Positions 28,390 to 38,594 are shown, counted from the first letter of the stretch. The stretch is 64,000 nucleotides of DNA from Candidatus Omnitrophica bacterium UBA6215 (GCA_002421665.1 DISH01000007.1:209278-273277); one strand, 5' to 3'. Program-made: numbers and translations. The notes: generated from the letters alone by a model not told the origin.

Positions 28390-29748
28390 CTAGTATTTAT
28401 ACGTAAGCTCCCACCTCAGGAAGAGGGCGTCGTCTGCGGACTTCACGTAAAAGTTCCCGGGAACAAAATATTCAGCAAGGAAATATGTATTTATGTTCTT
28501 GCTTATCGCGTAATCCAGCCTGAGCTGCGGCAGGTGTCCCCTCTCCTTTCCCGTGCCGGAGAAGAGCGTCTTGGTGGCCGCAACCTGATTATTGGCCCTC
28601 AAGTAATTATACCATAAAGTCAGCTTTAATTTATCAATAGGCTTTACCGAGACCGATGCCCTGTACATCTGCAGGTTGGTCCAGTAGCTGTTCTCCGTCT
28701 CGCTCGAGTAGCAAGAGGCATAAAGCACCGAATGCCATGTGTCCCTCGAGAAGAGCGGGTCCCAGGTCTCGTTCGTAGACGTGCTCCTGTTATTACCGGA
28801 GAGGTATATGGCACCCGCGCTGAACTGCGGCGACCACGATGCCTTCTTGAGGTCCTTGTCCACGAAGAAATATCCGCCTATGCCTGTCCTGTCATTCTTG
28901 CCGTAATCGCCGAACTGCCCGGCTATCTGCCCGCGCAGGGCCAATGACGGGTCCAGGTTATACTTCGCGTAGGTGCCGATGGTATTTAATTTGGTCTCCT
29001 CGCGGGTCATCCTCGCGGTCGGCGAAGCGTCCTCGTGCTTGTATACGTAATAGTTCTCCCAGTGGAGGTTCTGGATGGAATCGGTCTTGTGATAGAGAGA
29101 GAACGCGTATTCGTTGCTTGAGTTGAGCGCCTGGCGCGGGTTCGACTCGTTTATGACAGGCAGATAAACGTCGTTCTTGGTGTCGCGTATCGCTATAAGG
29201 TCGAGAGAATTCTTGTCGTTGACCTGCCACGAGAGCTTGCCGGCATTGAAATAAAAGGTCCTTGTGCCGTCAAGCGGGGTGCCGTTCTTGAATATAAAAC
29301 CCTCGCCGTATCCTTCGAGGTCCTGCCTTCCTACGCGCACGCTCACCGGTGCCGCGAATATATTCTTCCAATCGAAATAAAGGTTGTCGAAAACGGTCTC
29401 GTTGATGTCGTAGTGGTAACCCTTCTTGCTGGCGGACTTACCGGCAGATGCAGAAGACCCGGCCCAGTAGGTATACGCCCTGTTCTCGTTGGTAAGTCGA
29501 AGGTATATATCCGCATCTTTGGTGAAATCGTATTCTACGGAAGGCGAGGTCTTGAAGCGGAAATAACCCTTGTTATCTTTTGCGGAACTGTTGAGGTCGG
29601 GGATATTCTTGGAATATTCATACCTGATACGCTCGTATATCCCGATCTTTACCTTGTCGTTCTTTACCAATTCGGTCTCGGCGGCATTGGCACAAACCGG
29701 TAATAAAAGCGCTGCGGCAGCCGTAATCCCAAATAAAACTTTACGCAT
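28390..29748 (-). CDS. Secreted outer-membrane beta-barrel protein (alginate-export/porin-like), 452 aa
   Basis: Signal peptide, alternating aromatic pattern, and C-terminal ...WELTYKY. Confidence 0.5.
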   Translation of the reverse strand: MRKVLFGITAAAALLLPVCANAAETELVKNDKVKIGIYERIRYEYSKNIPDLNSSAKDNKGYFRFKTSPSVEYDFTKDADIYLRLTNENRAYTYWAGSSASAGKSASKKGYHYDINETVFDNLYFDWKNIFAAPVSVRVGRQDLEGYGEGFIFKNGTPLDGTRTFYFNAGKLSWQVNDKNSLDLIAIRDTKNDVYLPVINESNPRQALNSSNEYAFSLYHKTDSIQNLHWENYYVYKHEDASPTARMTREETKLNTIGTYAKYNLDPSLALRGQIAGQFGDYGKNDRTGIGGYFFVDKDLKKASWSPQFSAGAIYLSGNNRSTSTNETWDPLFSRDTWHSVLYASCYSSETENSYWTNLQMYRASVSVKPIDKLKLTLWYNYLRANNQVAATKTLFSGTGKERGHLPQLRLDYAISKNINTYFLAEYFVPGNFYVKSADDALFLRWELTYKY

Positions 29749-29827
29749 AGTAAATCCTCCTTTTATCGTTCGGATGATGAACGATAAAATATTCTATGCG
29801 TTTACTGCCGGATTTGTCAATAGAAAT

Positions 29828-31843
29828 TTACCAGCCACCACCACCGCCTCCGCCGCCGCCACCACCACCGCCACCACCCCCGCCGAACCCGGAACTTGAT
29901 CCGGGGGCCTGCGATGACGACGATATGGTGTTCGAAAGACCTCCGCCTATCGCGGAGGCAAACCCTCCTGCGGTAAAATGGCTGTAAGAAGAGCCCGAAT
30001 ACCATGACGGCGAATAATGGCTCCCGTCGATACCCGCGCGGGAAAGCACATTTGTAAACCTTTCGGCCCAGGCATTTTCTACGTCGAGGGCAATGGCATA
30101 AGGAAGATATTTTTCGAAGAGCTGCGGCGTCTCGGCCGGGGCCCCCATCGCCCGTATCTCGTCTTTCTCAGCCGTCGCCAGGTACATCTTAAACCCTTCG
30201 ATGACATCCATTATAGCCCTGCCGGCAAGCGTGCGGGCCTTAAGGAGGTGATAAAAGAGGATATTCACGAATATAAGCTCAAAAAGCATTACGGGCATAA
30301 ATATAGAGGACGCCGCGGTAAATATACCGAGTCCGAACAGTTCAAAGAACACGAAAGGCACGGTAAAGAGCGATATAAAGACCGCCTCTCCCAGGTAAGC
30401 GAACCTTCCCGCACAAAACAGGACATTACGCCATTTGTTCGCGGCGGTCATAAGCAAAGCTAAAACACCGGCGGTCCAGCCCGAGAGCCATATAGACATG
30501 AAAAAGATCATGATAGCCTTGTTTAAGCTCATGTTGGGCGTGGTAAAGAAAGCGGCAAAAACCAGTATAAAGAAAGACAGGATGGCGCCCGGCACGAAAT
30601 ATCGGGTATTGGTCAAGAAATATACCTTCTCGTAGGCGCTCTTTAGCGAATCCTTGAGGTTATCAACGGCATTCTTTATCCTGGTATGGTTCTCCTGTTT
30701 TAGCTTTATATATCCGTCGCGCTTCAGGAGCCATTCGACGGCCTTCATCTCTTCCTTGCTCAATGCCGACGTCTCCACGGAAGCGCGCTTGACCGCGAAA
30801 CTGCCTTTCTTCTCCTCTACTATGGTCACGCAGCCCTTTACCGCCGCGTTCACAAGCGCCGCGGTGAAGGCCTTATCGTCATAGTACATCCTGGATATAT
30901 ACCTGCATGCCGCCGGGGATATGCCTTTAGGCGGGACGAATAACGGGACTATGACACCCTTCTCCGGATCGCGTCCGACCTTGGACCAGACCGCTATATA
31001 ATAGAAGACCAGCGCTATTATCAGGGCTTCACCCCATGCCGCTCTATCCGCGCTAGGCATTGTAAGGATATCGAACTCGGAAAAAGGTTTGGGAAGTTCT
31101 TTCTTCTCTTCCTCGACCGGCCTCGAGGCTGAGGGCTTCTCGACAAAACCCTTTGGCCAGCCGATCACGATCGTCAACCCTTCGGAAGGCCGAAGGATCG
31201 TGTTGGTAATGAAATACGGGCGGCCGTGGGTAAGCATTGCGGTCAATTCGCGCGCCTTTGAACCCTGCGGCCCGGTGAAGCCGTCCATCTTTATGGCATC
31301 TTCAGGCACCCCCTCCGGCAGGACTACCGTCGCCGTGGCCCGGTCTATCGGGAATGTCCATCCGTTACCTGTAACATTCCAATAAAGCTCATCGTGATCG
31401 CTGAAATAACCCAGCTGCCTGTCGGTATAGTAGGTGATCTCGTAGGTGTGTTCCCCGCGGGGAATGAATACGTCGGTCTTGCCGATGTATATACGGATAC
31501 CGTTGGGCTGGCCCTGTGTATGGTAAGATTCTGGCATGCCGTCGCATTTGACGCTTTTGAGCTTGAAGCCGACCTTGTAGCCGCCCTCATAAAGCATGGG
31601 GAAATCCCTGTAGATGCCGCGCTTTATCTGCGCGCCCTCGGCATTGACCTTTATGGTCTCGGTAACTATAAGCGAGGAATCTTTATTGACCTCAATGCGG
31701 CTGTCAAAGGAAAGTATGCGTTCTGAGGCGAATACGGCAGAAGAAAATGATAGAACAAAAAACCCGGCGGTGATTAATCTTGCTGCACGGCGAAGTAACC
31801 TGTCCCTTTTTGACACGTCCCAAAGTGGCACGTCCCCTGTCAT
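29828..31843 (-). CDS. DUF2207-family membrane protein with C-terminal poly-Gly tail, 671 aa
   Basis: YRDFP-type N-domain, TM segments, and a C-terminal SSGFGGGGGGGGGGGGGGGGGW. It overlaps the lemA stop. Confidence 0.65.
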   Translation of the reverse strand: MTGDVPLWDVSKRDRLLRRAARLITAGFFVLSFSSAVFASERILSFDSRIEVNKDSSLIVTETIKVNAEGAQIKRGIYRDFPMLYEGGYKVGFKLKSVKCDGMPESYHTQGQPNGIRIYIGKTDVFIPRGEHTYEITYYTDRQLGYFSDHDELYWNVTGNGWTFPIDRATATVVLPEGVPEDAIKMDGFTGPQGSKARELTAMLTHGRPYFITNTILRPSEGLTIVIGWPKGFVEKPSASRPVEEEKKELPKPFSEFDILTMPSADRAAWGEALIIALVFYYIAVWSKVGRDPEKGVIVPLFVPPKGISPAACRYISRMYYDDKAFTAALVNAAVKGCVTIVEEKKGSFAVKRASVETSALSKEEMKAVEWLLKRDGYIKLKQENHTRIKNAVDNLKDSLKSAYEKVYFLTNTRYFVPGAILSFFILVFAAFFTTPNMSLNKAIMIFFMSIWLSGWTAGVLALLMTAANKWRNVLFCAGRFAYLGEAVFISLFTVPFVFFELFGLGIFTAASSIFMPVMLFELIFVNILFYHLLKARTLAGRAIMDVIEGFKMYLATAEKDEIRAMGAPAETPQLFEKYLPYAIALDVENAWAERFTNVLSRAGIDGSHYSPSWYSGSSYSHFTAGGFASAIGGGLSNTISSSSQAPGSSSGFGGGGGGGGGGGGGGGGGW

Positions 31844-32391
31844 AGCTTGACTTCGGGGGTTTTGCGTTCGGTGGCGTATTCGATCTCGAAGAAATCGGCC
31901 TTACCGAACCCGGAAACCGAAGCGACGATACTGCTCGGGAAAGATTGGGTAAGGATACTGTAATCGCGCACGGTGCCGTTGTAATAACGGCGCGCCATCT
32001 GCAGCTGGTCCTCGATATCCACGAGGTTCTTGTGCAGGTCGAGGAAGCTTTTGTTCGCCTTAAGGTCGGGGTATGCCTCGGCGACGGCGAATATGGACTT
32101 CAGCGCCTGAGAAACGGCATTTTCCGAGTCGGCCTTCTCCTTTATGTCCCCGGTCGCCGCCGCTTTCGCGCGCAGAGCCGTAACGTTCTCGAGAGTGGAG
32201 CTCTCGAATTGTTTATAGCCCTTTACGGCCTCGACGAGGTTCGGTATAAGGTCTGCGCGGCGCTTGAGCTGGACGTCTATGCCGCTCCATGCTTCGCGCA
32301 TGAGATTCTTTTGTTTTATCAGGAGATTATAGGTAAGGACCGACCATATCGCGAGCGCCGCGATAAGCAGCAGGCCGACAAGAAGCAGCAT
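31840..32391 (-). CDS. lemA: LemA family protein, 183 aa
   Basis: N-terminal TM followed by a LemA-like helical domain. This is the canonical LemA-DUF2207 pairing. Confidence 0.7.
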   Translation of the reverse strand: MLLLVGLLLIAALAIWSVLTYNLLIKQKNLMREAWSGIDVQLKRRADLIPNLVEAVKGYKQFESSTLENVTALRAKAAATGDIKEKADSENAVSQALKSIFAVAEAYPDLKANKSFLDLHKNLVDIEDQLQMARRYYNGTVRDYSILTQSFPSSIVASVSGFGKADFFEIEYATERKTPEVKL

Positions 32392-32399
32392 TTTGCCTC

Positions 32400-33293
32400 C
32401 TATTTCGTAAGCGGTTTACCGTATAAAGGCGGGTTGATCTTTCCGGTATCTATGCCCATCCTGTCCAGGACGGTAGGAGTGACATCGGCCTGGAAACCCT
32501 GCCTGATGCCCCGCGGATCGTTGGTCGACATGAAGACATAGGGGGCATAACTATGCCCGCAGCTCCCCTCGTCGAAACCGTGGTCCGCGGTAACATAAAT
32601 TATCGTCTTGTCGTATATGCCGAGTTTCTTAAGCTCGTTGATTATATCTCCGGTCAATTTATCATAGGTTATAAGGGCATCATTATATTCGACGGAATTC
32701 TCGCCCTTCGAGTGCCCTTTCCTGTCCGCATCGGCGAACTGGACAAAGAAAAAGAAGGGCCTGTCCTTGTAGCGGGCAAGCATCTTCTTCGCCTGCGCGG
32801 CGACGTCCTCGTCCTCTCCCAGGCCGTTCCTGAAGACATCTGCCGACTTCGCGGCGTTATAATAAGGCTTATCCGGGGTATCGGATTTGAACCTGTGGCC
32901 TTTCGAGAAGAGACCGACCGTCACGATATTGTCCTTTCCGAAATGGTCCTCTATCCTTTCAAATACGGTATATCCCTTCGGTATGCAGGTATACCTGTCA
33001 TTCGTGATGACCCCTGAAACCTCATCGTCGTATCCCGTTAGGATCTGGGCGAAGCCGGGCTCGGTCTCGGTCTGGTGACCCTGGACGTCTATCTCAACGA
33101 ACGCCCCTTCCTCCGAGAGTTTCTTTATATTCGGAAGCTCTCCGCGGCCCAGACATTCCTTTACGTGGTTAAGCTGCGCGCCGTCCCAGCCGATAAGGAC
33201 TACGTTACTGGGTGTCTCGGAAGGCTGGATGGGATATGCCGGCATAACGGCACAGAACAGCAGTAAAACCGCCAGTAAGCAGCGTATCTTCAT
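32400..33293 (-). CDS. Secreted alkaline-phosphatase-superfamily metalloenzyme (phosphodiesterase/sulfatase-like), 297 aa
   Basis: Signal peptide, and GWDG...VTADHGF motifs. Confidence 0.5.
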   Translation of the reverse strand: MKIRCLLAVLLLFCAVMPAYPIQPSETPSNVVLIGWDGAQLNHVKECLGRGELPNIKKLSEEGAFVEIDVQGHQTETEPGFAQILTGYDDEVSGVITNDRYTCIPKGYTVFERIEDHFGKDNIVTVGLFSKGHRFKSDTPDKPYYNAAKSADVFRNGLGEDEDVAAQAKKMLARYKDRPFFFFVQFADADRKGHSKGENSVEYNDALITYDKLTGDIINELKKLGIYDKTIIYVTADHGFDEGSCGHSYAPYVFMSTNDPRGIRQGFQADVTPTVLDRMGIDTGKINPPLYGKPLTK

Positions 33294-33664
33294 TTTGACA
33301 GCGCAGCCCCGATCTTATCTACAAGTTCGCGTATCTTTACGGGTTTGGCGATAAAACGCTTCCCTTCCAGCAGGTACCCCTCATCCTTTACTTCGCGTTC
33401 GGTGACCACCGCGGTAAGGAATATAATGGGGATATCCCTTGTCTCCTGGGAGCTCTTGAGCGCTTCGGCCACTTCGTAGCCGCCCATTTTGGGCATCATC
33501 ACATCCAGTATTATCAGGTCGGGCAGCAGCTCTTTCGCTTTCTTTATGCCGTCTTCCCCTTCGTTCGCCGTCGTAACCTTGAACTCCTCTGTGGCTTCAA
33601 GGGCCTTCTTCACAAAATGGCAGAAATCCTTTTCGTCATCCACTACAAGTATCTTCTTCTTCAT
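33290..33664 (-). CDS. Stand-alone response regulator receiver (CheY-like), 124 aa
   Basis: VVDDE...D(54)...KP receiver motifs. Confidence 0.8.
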   Translation of the reverse strand: MKKKILVVDDEKDFCHFVKKALEATEEFKVTTANEGEDGIKKAKELLPDLIILDVMMPKMGGYEVAEALKSSQETRDIPIIFLTAVVTEREVKDEGYLLEGKRFIAKPVKIRELVDKIGAALSK

Positions 33665-33688
33665 GAACGGCCTCCGATTTTACCCCTT

Positions 33689-35242
33689 TTAAGCAAGAGG
33701 AAGTATTATCTTTACCGTGGTCCCGCGGCCCAGCTTGCTGTCTATTGATATATTACCCTTATTATTATCAATAATCAACTTGGTTATGAAAAGCCCCAGC
33801 CCGGTACCCTTCTCGGATTTCGTGGTAAAGAACGGCTCGAAGAGCTTCGACATGTTCTCTTCCGCGATCCCCGGGCCGTTATCGGATATCTCGATAATAC
33901 AAGCCGGTTGCGCGAAATAAAATTCCGACTGTTCCTGTTTGTAAGCCCTGATGGTTATCTCGCCGCCTCTTGCCATTGCCTCGGCGGCATTCAGGACCAT
34001 GTTTATTATAGCCTGCTGCATCTGGTTCTTATCTACGTTTACGGCCATGGGCTCCCTGGAGAGTTCGGTATTTATCTTGATCTCTCCCTGGGGCGAAGAA
34101 TATTTGAGGAAAGGAAGCGTGTCATTTATGAGTTCGTCGGGCTTTATCTTTTCGAACTTGACCTCGGACGGCCTCGCGAACTTAAGAAGTTTCTTTATGA
34201 TGCCGTCGGCCCTGAGTGTGGACCTCTTTATGATATCCAGGTCCTCTTTTACGTCAGCGCCCTGGTCTTTCAATTTCATCTCGAGGTACTCGACACCGTT
34301 AAGGACTATACCCAGCGGGTTCTTTATCTCGTGGGCAAAAGCGGAGGAAAATTTCCCGAGGGCAGAGAATTTCTCTGCCTGTATAAGGCGGTGCTGCGTC
34401 TCCTTGAGCTCCACATACGCTTTCTTCAGCTCTTCTTCCGCGTTCTTGCGGTCCGTAACGTCGCGGGAAATACCGGTGGTGCCGATCACTTCCTTCTTAT
34501 CATTGAATATAGGCGTCTTGATGGTCTCGATCCAGGACATATGGCCGTCGATCGAGAATAACGGCTCTGTTACGACTTTCCGTTTCCCGGAAAGCATTAC
34601 TTCCTTGTCATCGGCTATATATTTTTCTGCAACCTCTCTCGGCCAGACATCTAGGTCCTGTTTGCCTATGATATCCTCTATGCTGCTGCCGCATGCCTTG
34701 GCAAAGGGTTCGTTCACGGCTATGAACCTGCTGTCCCTGTCCTTGAGCCATGCCATATCCGTTATGTTATCCAGTATGGCCTTTTCCTGTATCTCGGCCC
34801 TCCGGCGTTCCTGGCTGACATTCTTGAGCGCGGCGGACTGCTGGAAGAATTCCGAGACAAGCCGGGCTATCTCGCCGAACTCATCTTTCTTCCCCTTCAT
34901 GGGCATGATCACGGACGCATCCTTCTTCTTTAGCGAAGCGGAAACAAGCTTAAGCGGATGGGAGACCCATCTGACAACCGATATGAAGAGCACCAGGAGC
35001 GACAATGCCGACAGCAGGGTGAATATATTCAGGATGGTCTGGCCCATCCTGTTGTAATGCCTTATGGCCTCGGACTTGAAAGAGGCCGTTATCTTCATTA
35101 CAGGTTTCCCGTCCCAGCCGTTGAGCGCCCTCATGAAGCTGTATTCGCCTTTCATGGCATTTGCGGCTGTATTGGGCGGTTGCCTTTCCAGGATGGAAGC
35201 AGGCCTGACATCCGTGCCCGTAAGCGCGCTTATCTCCTTCAA
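33689..35242 (-). CDS. Sensor histidine kinase, C-terminal part (TM2-PAS-HisKA-HATPase); TTG start in the track, probably a 3' fragment of a split gene
   Basis: Contains a PAS domain, an H-box FAHEIKNPLG, and N/G boxes. Its reading frame continues upstream without an ATG. Confidence 0.75.
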   Translation of the reverse strand: MKEISALTGTDVRPASILERQPPNTAANAMKGEYSFMRALNGWDGKPVMKITASFKSEAIRHYNRMGQTILNIFTLLSALSLLVLFISVVRWVSHPLKLVSASLKKKDASVIMPMKGKKDEFGEIARLVSEFFQQSAALKNVSQERRRAEIQEKAILDNITDMAWLKDRDSRFIAVNEPFAKACGSSIEDIIGKQDLDVWPREVAEKYIADDKEVMLSGKRKVVTEPLFSIDGHMSWIETIKTPIFNDKKEVIGTTGISRDVTDRKNAEEELKKAYVELKETQHRLIQAEKFSALGKFSSAFAHEIKNPLGIVLNGVEYLEMKLKDQGADVKEDLDIIKRSTLRADGIIKKLLKFARPSEVKFEKIKPDELINDTLPFLKYSSPQGEIKINTELSREPMAVNVDKNQMQQAIINMVLNAAEAMARGGEITIRAYKQEQSEFYFAQPACIIEISDNGPGIAEENMSKLFEPFFTTKSEKGTGLGLFITKLIIDNNKGNISIDSKLGRGTTVKIILPLA

Positions 35243-35793
35243 ATACTTGTCGTTCCAGAGTATCCCTGCAAAAAAATAACCCTGCGGCTCCGTCTTCCTT
35301 TCGCGGTCGGCGGTCGGATGTATAGAGGCCCCCTTATCTCAACCGCACCGGAAGCAGTGCTTATGAAGAAATGGCAAAGGCGCCTGCCCTTGAACAGGTA
35401 TGCCATGGCGTCCCTGGATAAAGGAAGTTCTTCCGGAAGGCCCGTGGCAACCCGGGGAGAATATACGTAGGAGAAGTCCTTGTCGTATACCCATATGGAC
35501 TTTACGTCGAAAACGGGAAGCGCGGTGTCTATATTCTCGGCAGCCCAGGTCTTGTCTTTGCTCTTCGCAAAATTGACCATCTCGTCCCAAAAAGAATAAT
35601 CGCTGACGAGCGCGTCCAGGCGGCCGTTCTTGAGCGTTATTATCTTATCGAAGCTCGCTTCTTCCCTGGCGCGGTTGTTCTCGAAAAGAATGACCAGTCT
35701 CCTGACCTCGATCTCCCTTTCGATCGATATCGCCAGGGCGACAGCCACTATTATGGCAAGGAATAGCAGGGTTAATTTCGTGCGTATGCTCAT
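35239..35793 (-). CDS. N-terminal TM1 + periplasmic sensor fragment of the same histidine kinase (frame-shifted relative to 33689..35242)
   Basis: The 184-aa ORF ends within an A7 run (35268-35274). One extra base in that run fuses it in frame to the kinase (...RRVIFFAGILWNDKYLKEISALTG...). Confidence 0.55.
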   Translation of the reverse strand: MSIRTKLTLLFLAIIVAVALAISIEREIEVRRLVILFENNRAREEASFDKIITLKNGRLDALVSDYSFWDEMVNFAKSKDKTWAAENIDTALPVFDVKSIWVYDKDFSYVYSPRVATGLPEELPLSRDAMAYLFKGRRLCHFFISTASGAVEIRGPLYIRPPTAKGRRSRRVIFLQGYSGTTSI

Positions 35794-35837
35794 TCTTAAT
35801 TATAATACCTAAACGGGTTCAGGCGCGTCAATGGGAT

Positions 35838-37157
35838 TTAATAGGATATCTTTTTGACCTCTTCGGCCTTCCTGAACATAGTTTCGGCATCGTCCTGCCT
35901 GTTCTGCATAAGATAATGCACCGCCAGGTAAGTATACATGCGCGCGCTGCCGGGTGAATACTCCAGTGTCTTCTTGTAGAAAAACTCGGGTTCGCTCCAA
36001 TAGCGGTTTTGCTTTATCGTGGCCATGGTATACGAACCCAGCACCACGACGGCCAGGGCAACAGCCGCCAACCTGGTCCTTTCTATCCGGTAGATATAAA
36101 ACAGCGCCGACGAGACGAGAACGAAGAATCCCGCCGAGGGCAGGTAAAGCCAGTGTTCTGCCATGTAAGCGTTAAGCGGGAAGATATTAGATACGGGCAG
36201 AAGGGCGATGATAAACCATCCCGAGCAGAAGAGATCGAGGCCCCTGCTGGCGCGCTTTTTCAGGATAAAAAAAACGCACACGGCAAAAAGCGCCAGCCCT
36301 GACAGCGTAAGCGGGTCGCCGAAACCAAACGCCTTCCTGCCGTATTCCATGTGCAGGCCGTACGGGAAAAAAAGTATCCTAATATATTCGGCGAAAGCCG
36401 CGAAGAAAGCGGCAATACGTCCTAACGCAGGTCCCGAAACACTGAAATGCGGGAGCATGGACTTGAGCGCGCAGGCGCGTGCAACTAAATAGAGGCCCGT
36501 AACCGCCACCAGCGGCGCCAAACCTGCCGCAGATATCCTGCGTCTGAATGAATAATGGTACAACAGGACCAGCGGGATTACCAGCAGCGCGCTCTCGCGC
36601 GAAAAAACAGCGATAATATAACACAGCGGAAAGAGCGCGTAATAGACAACCTTATTCGTGTAGAGGTATTTTACGTAAGATATAAGACAAAGTAAGATAA
36701 AGGCCGCCGAAAGCGGGTCGGCACGGCCGGATATATAAGACACCGCTTCGGTATTTACCGGATGGACGGCGAACAAAGCCCCGGACAGGAACGCTAAGAG
36801 GTCCCTGCCCGATATCATCCTGACGAAATAATACAGGCCCAGGGCCGCCGATATGTGTAATAAGAGATTCGTGAAATGACAGCCAATATAGCTAAGGCCC
36901 CATACCCTGAGATCGAGCGCGTAAGTGAGCATCTGGAACGGGCGGTAAAAAGACGAACTCACATCGGGTCCCATCCCGGCGCCTATATTTTCCGAAAAAA
37001 GCCCGGCTGCGCCCGAGAGGTCCCTGATATGGGGATTAAAGACTACCAAGGTGAGGTCATCGAGGAGGAACTTGCCGAAGAGGGAACCCCGGTAAGCCAT
37101 TATGCCGAGAATAACTATTGCGGCGGCGTACAACAGAGGCCTTCTGTCTTTAGACAT
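35838..37157 (-). CDS. GT-C-type membrane glycosyltransferase-like protein (PMT_2/ArnT/TMTC-like) with C-terminal TPR, 439 aa
   Basis: About 10 TM helices followed by a TPR unit. Confidence 0.45.
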   Translation of the reverse strand: MSKDRRPLLYAAAIVILGIMAYRGSLFGKFLLDDLTLVVFNPHIRDLSGAAGLFSENIGAGMGPDVSSSFYRPFQMLTYALDLRVWGLSYIGCHFTNLLLHISAALGLYYFVRMISGRDLLAFLSGALFAVHPVNTEAVSYISGRADPLSAAFILLCLISYVKYLYTNKVVYYALFPLCYIIAVFSRESALLVIPLVLLYHYSFRRRISAAGLAPLVAVTGLYLVARACALKSMLPHFSVSGPALGRIAAFFAAFAEYIRILFFPYGLHMEYGRKAFGFGDPLTLSGLALFAVCVFFILKKRASRGLDLFCSGWFIIALLPVSNIFPLNAYMAEHWLYLPSAGFFVLVSSALFYIYRIERTRLAAVALAVVVLGSYTMATIKQNRYWSEPEFFYKKTLEYSPGSARMYTYLAVHYLMQNRQDDAETMFRKAEEVKKISY

Positions 37158-38223
37158 TGAATCTGATGTTCAGTATGTCTCCGTCTTCTACTATATAATC
37201 CTTGCCTTTAAGGTAGAGCTTGCCTGCTTCCTTGACCTTATCTTCCCCGCCCAGCGAGGAGAGGTCTTCGAACTTAATTAGTTCGGCCCTTATGAAACCT
37301 TTTTGCAGGTCGGAATGTATGGCACCGGCGGCCTCAGGCGCTGAAGAAGCGCGCTTTATGGGCCATTGCCGGACCTCGTCCTCGCCCACGGTAAAGAACG
37401 ATATCAGGTTCAGGGCCTTTATACAAAGGCGGGTCAGGGCGTTGACCGCGGGCTCGGAAATGCCTATGGCGGAAAGGAACTCTTCCTTCTCCTTCTCGGT
37501 CTCGAGCGAGGCGATCTCGGATTCGACCTTGGCAGAGACAAGCATGACCTCGATCTTAAGGGCGGCATACCTGCCCGCGATCTCCTTAAGCAGGGTCTCG
37601 TTCTTAACGTCGTCCTCGGAGACATTGACCGCCAGTATCATCTCCTTGAGCGTGACGAACGGGTAACTGGCGATGGCCCTCTTCTCTTCCGGTTTGAGCT
37701 CAAGCAGACGCAGGGGAATCTCCTTGTCCAGGTGCTCCTTCAGCCTGGAGAGCAATTCCTTCTCCTTCGCTTTTCCTTCGTCCTTTATCTTCTTGAGTTC
37801 AAGTTCCAGCCGTTCGAGGCGCTTCTCGACAAAAATAAGGTCGTGCAGTATAAGTTCCGAATTGACGCTGTCGATATCCCTTACCGGATCGACCGTACCG
37901 TTTATATGGTAGACCGAATCATCCGCGAACTTGCGCACGACATGGCAAAGCGCGTCCGTCTCGGCTATATCCCTGAATATATCACCCTTGGTTATGGCGT
38001 CTTTCTCTATCTTTGGAAGGAGTTCTATATCTATGCGGGCACGGACATGCTTCTTGGGATTGTACATCGCCAAAAGCTTATCGAAACGCGGGTCCCTTAT
38101 CTCTGCCATGCTCTTGATATTCTTACCGGAAGCGAGATCTTTCTCCGTAATCTCATGGCCTGTAAGGAGTTCGAAAAGGGTCTTCTTTCCTGTCTGGGGG
38201 AGTCCTATTATTCCGACTTTCAT
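37150..38223 (-). CDS. ychF: Ribosome-binding ATPase YchF
   Basis: MKVGIIGLPQTGKKTLF G1 motif, and C-terminal TGS domain. Confidence 0.8.
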   Translation of the reverse strand: MKVGIIGLPQTGKKTLFELLTGHEITEKDLASGKNIKSMAEIRDPRFDKLLAMYNPKKHVRARIDIELLPKIEKDAITKGDIFRDIAETDALCHVVRKFADDSVYHINGTVDPVRDIDSVNSELILHDLIFVEKRLERLELELKKIKDEGKAKEKELLSRLKEHLDKEIPLRLLELKPEEKRAIASYPFVTLKEMILAVNVSEDDVKNETLLKEIAGRYAALKIEVMLVSAKVESEIASLETEKEKEEFLSAIGISEPAVNALTRLCIKALNLISFFTVGEDEVRQWPIKRASSAPEAAGAIHSDLQKGFIRAELIKFEDLSSLGGEDKVKEAGKLYLKGKDYIVEDGDILNIRFNV

Positions 38224-38278
38224 GTTTTTATTATACTATAAATCAGGGGACGTGTCAAAAAGGGACGGGTTACCAAAT

Positions 38279-38309
38279 AAAAAAGGGCCCGCGAGCTTAT
38301 CGCGGGCCC
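38279..38309 (-). terminator. Rho-independent terminator downstream of cspA
   Basis: GGGCCCGCGA-gctta-TCGCGGGCCC, a perfect 10-bp stem. It is followed on the minus-strand transcript by U6. Confidence 0.7.
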
Positions 38310-38323
38310 GTCGTTTTCGGGTC

Positions 38324-38524
38324 TTAGACCTTCGTTACGTTCTTGGCCTGTTCGCCTTTCTCACCTTTTTCGATATCGAACTCTACTTCCTGGCCCTCTT
38401 CCAGAGTCTTGTAACCGTCGCCCTGGATAGCGCTGTAATGCACGAACACGTCACTTCCCGACTCAGGGGTTATAAAACCATAACCCTTCTGATTGCTGAA
38501 CCACTTTACCTTACCTCTTGCCAC
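38324..38524 (-). CDS. cspA: Cold-shock protein (CspA family), 66 aa, GTG start
   Basis: [19 protein letters not shown] motifs. An AGGAGGT sits 6 nt before the GTG. Confidence 0.85.
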   Translation of the reverse strand: MARGKVKWFSNQKGYGFITPESGSDVFVHYSAIQGDGYKTLEEGQEVEFDIEKGEKGEQAKNVTKV

Positions 38525-38556
38525 TGTACTACCTCCTTTTGTTAAATCTTTGCTGC

Positions 38557-38594
38557 AAAAAAAACCGTAAGGTCAGACTAATATGGCCTTACGG
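38557..38594 (-). terminator. Terminator-like hairpin + U8 between GH130 gene and cspA (GH130 terminator and/or csp leader attenuator)
   Basis: CCGTAAGG (38565-38572), 14-nt loop, CCTTACGG (38587-38594). On the minus transcript the stem is followed by U8 (A-run 38557-38564). It lies only ~25 nt upstream of the csp RBS. Confidence 0.55.

Noticed and set aside
29796-30005. Poly-Pro (PPPP...) and poly-Trp/Arg ORFs
   Set aside because: Artefacts of the GGN-repeat tract encoding the Gly tail of the DUF2207 protein on the other strand.
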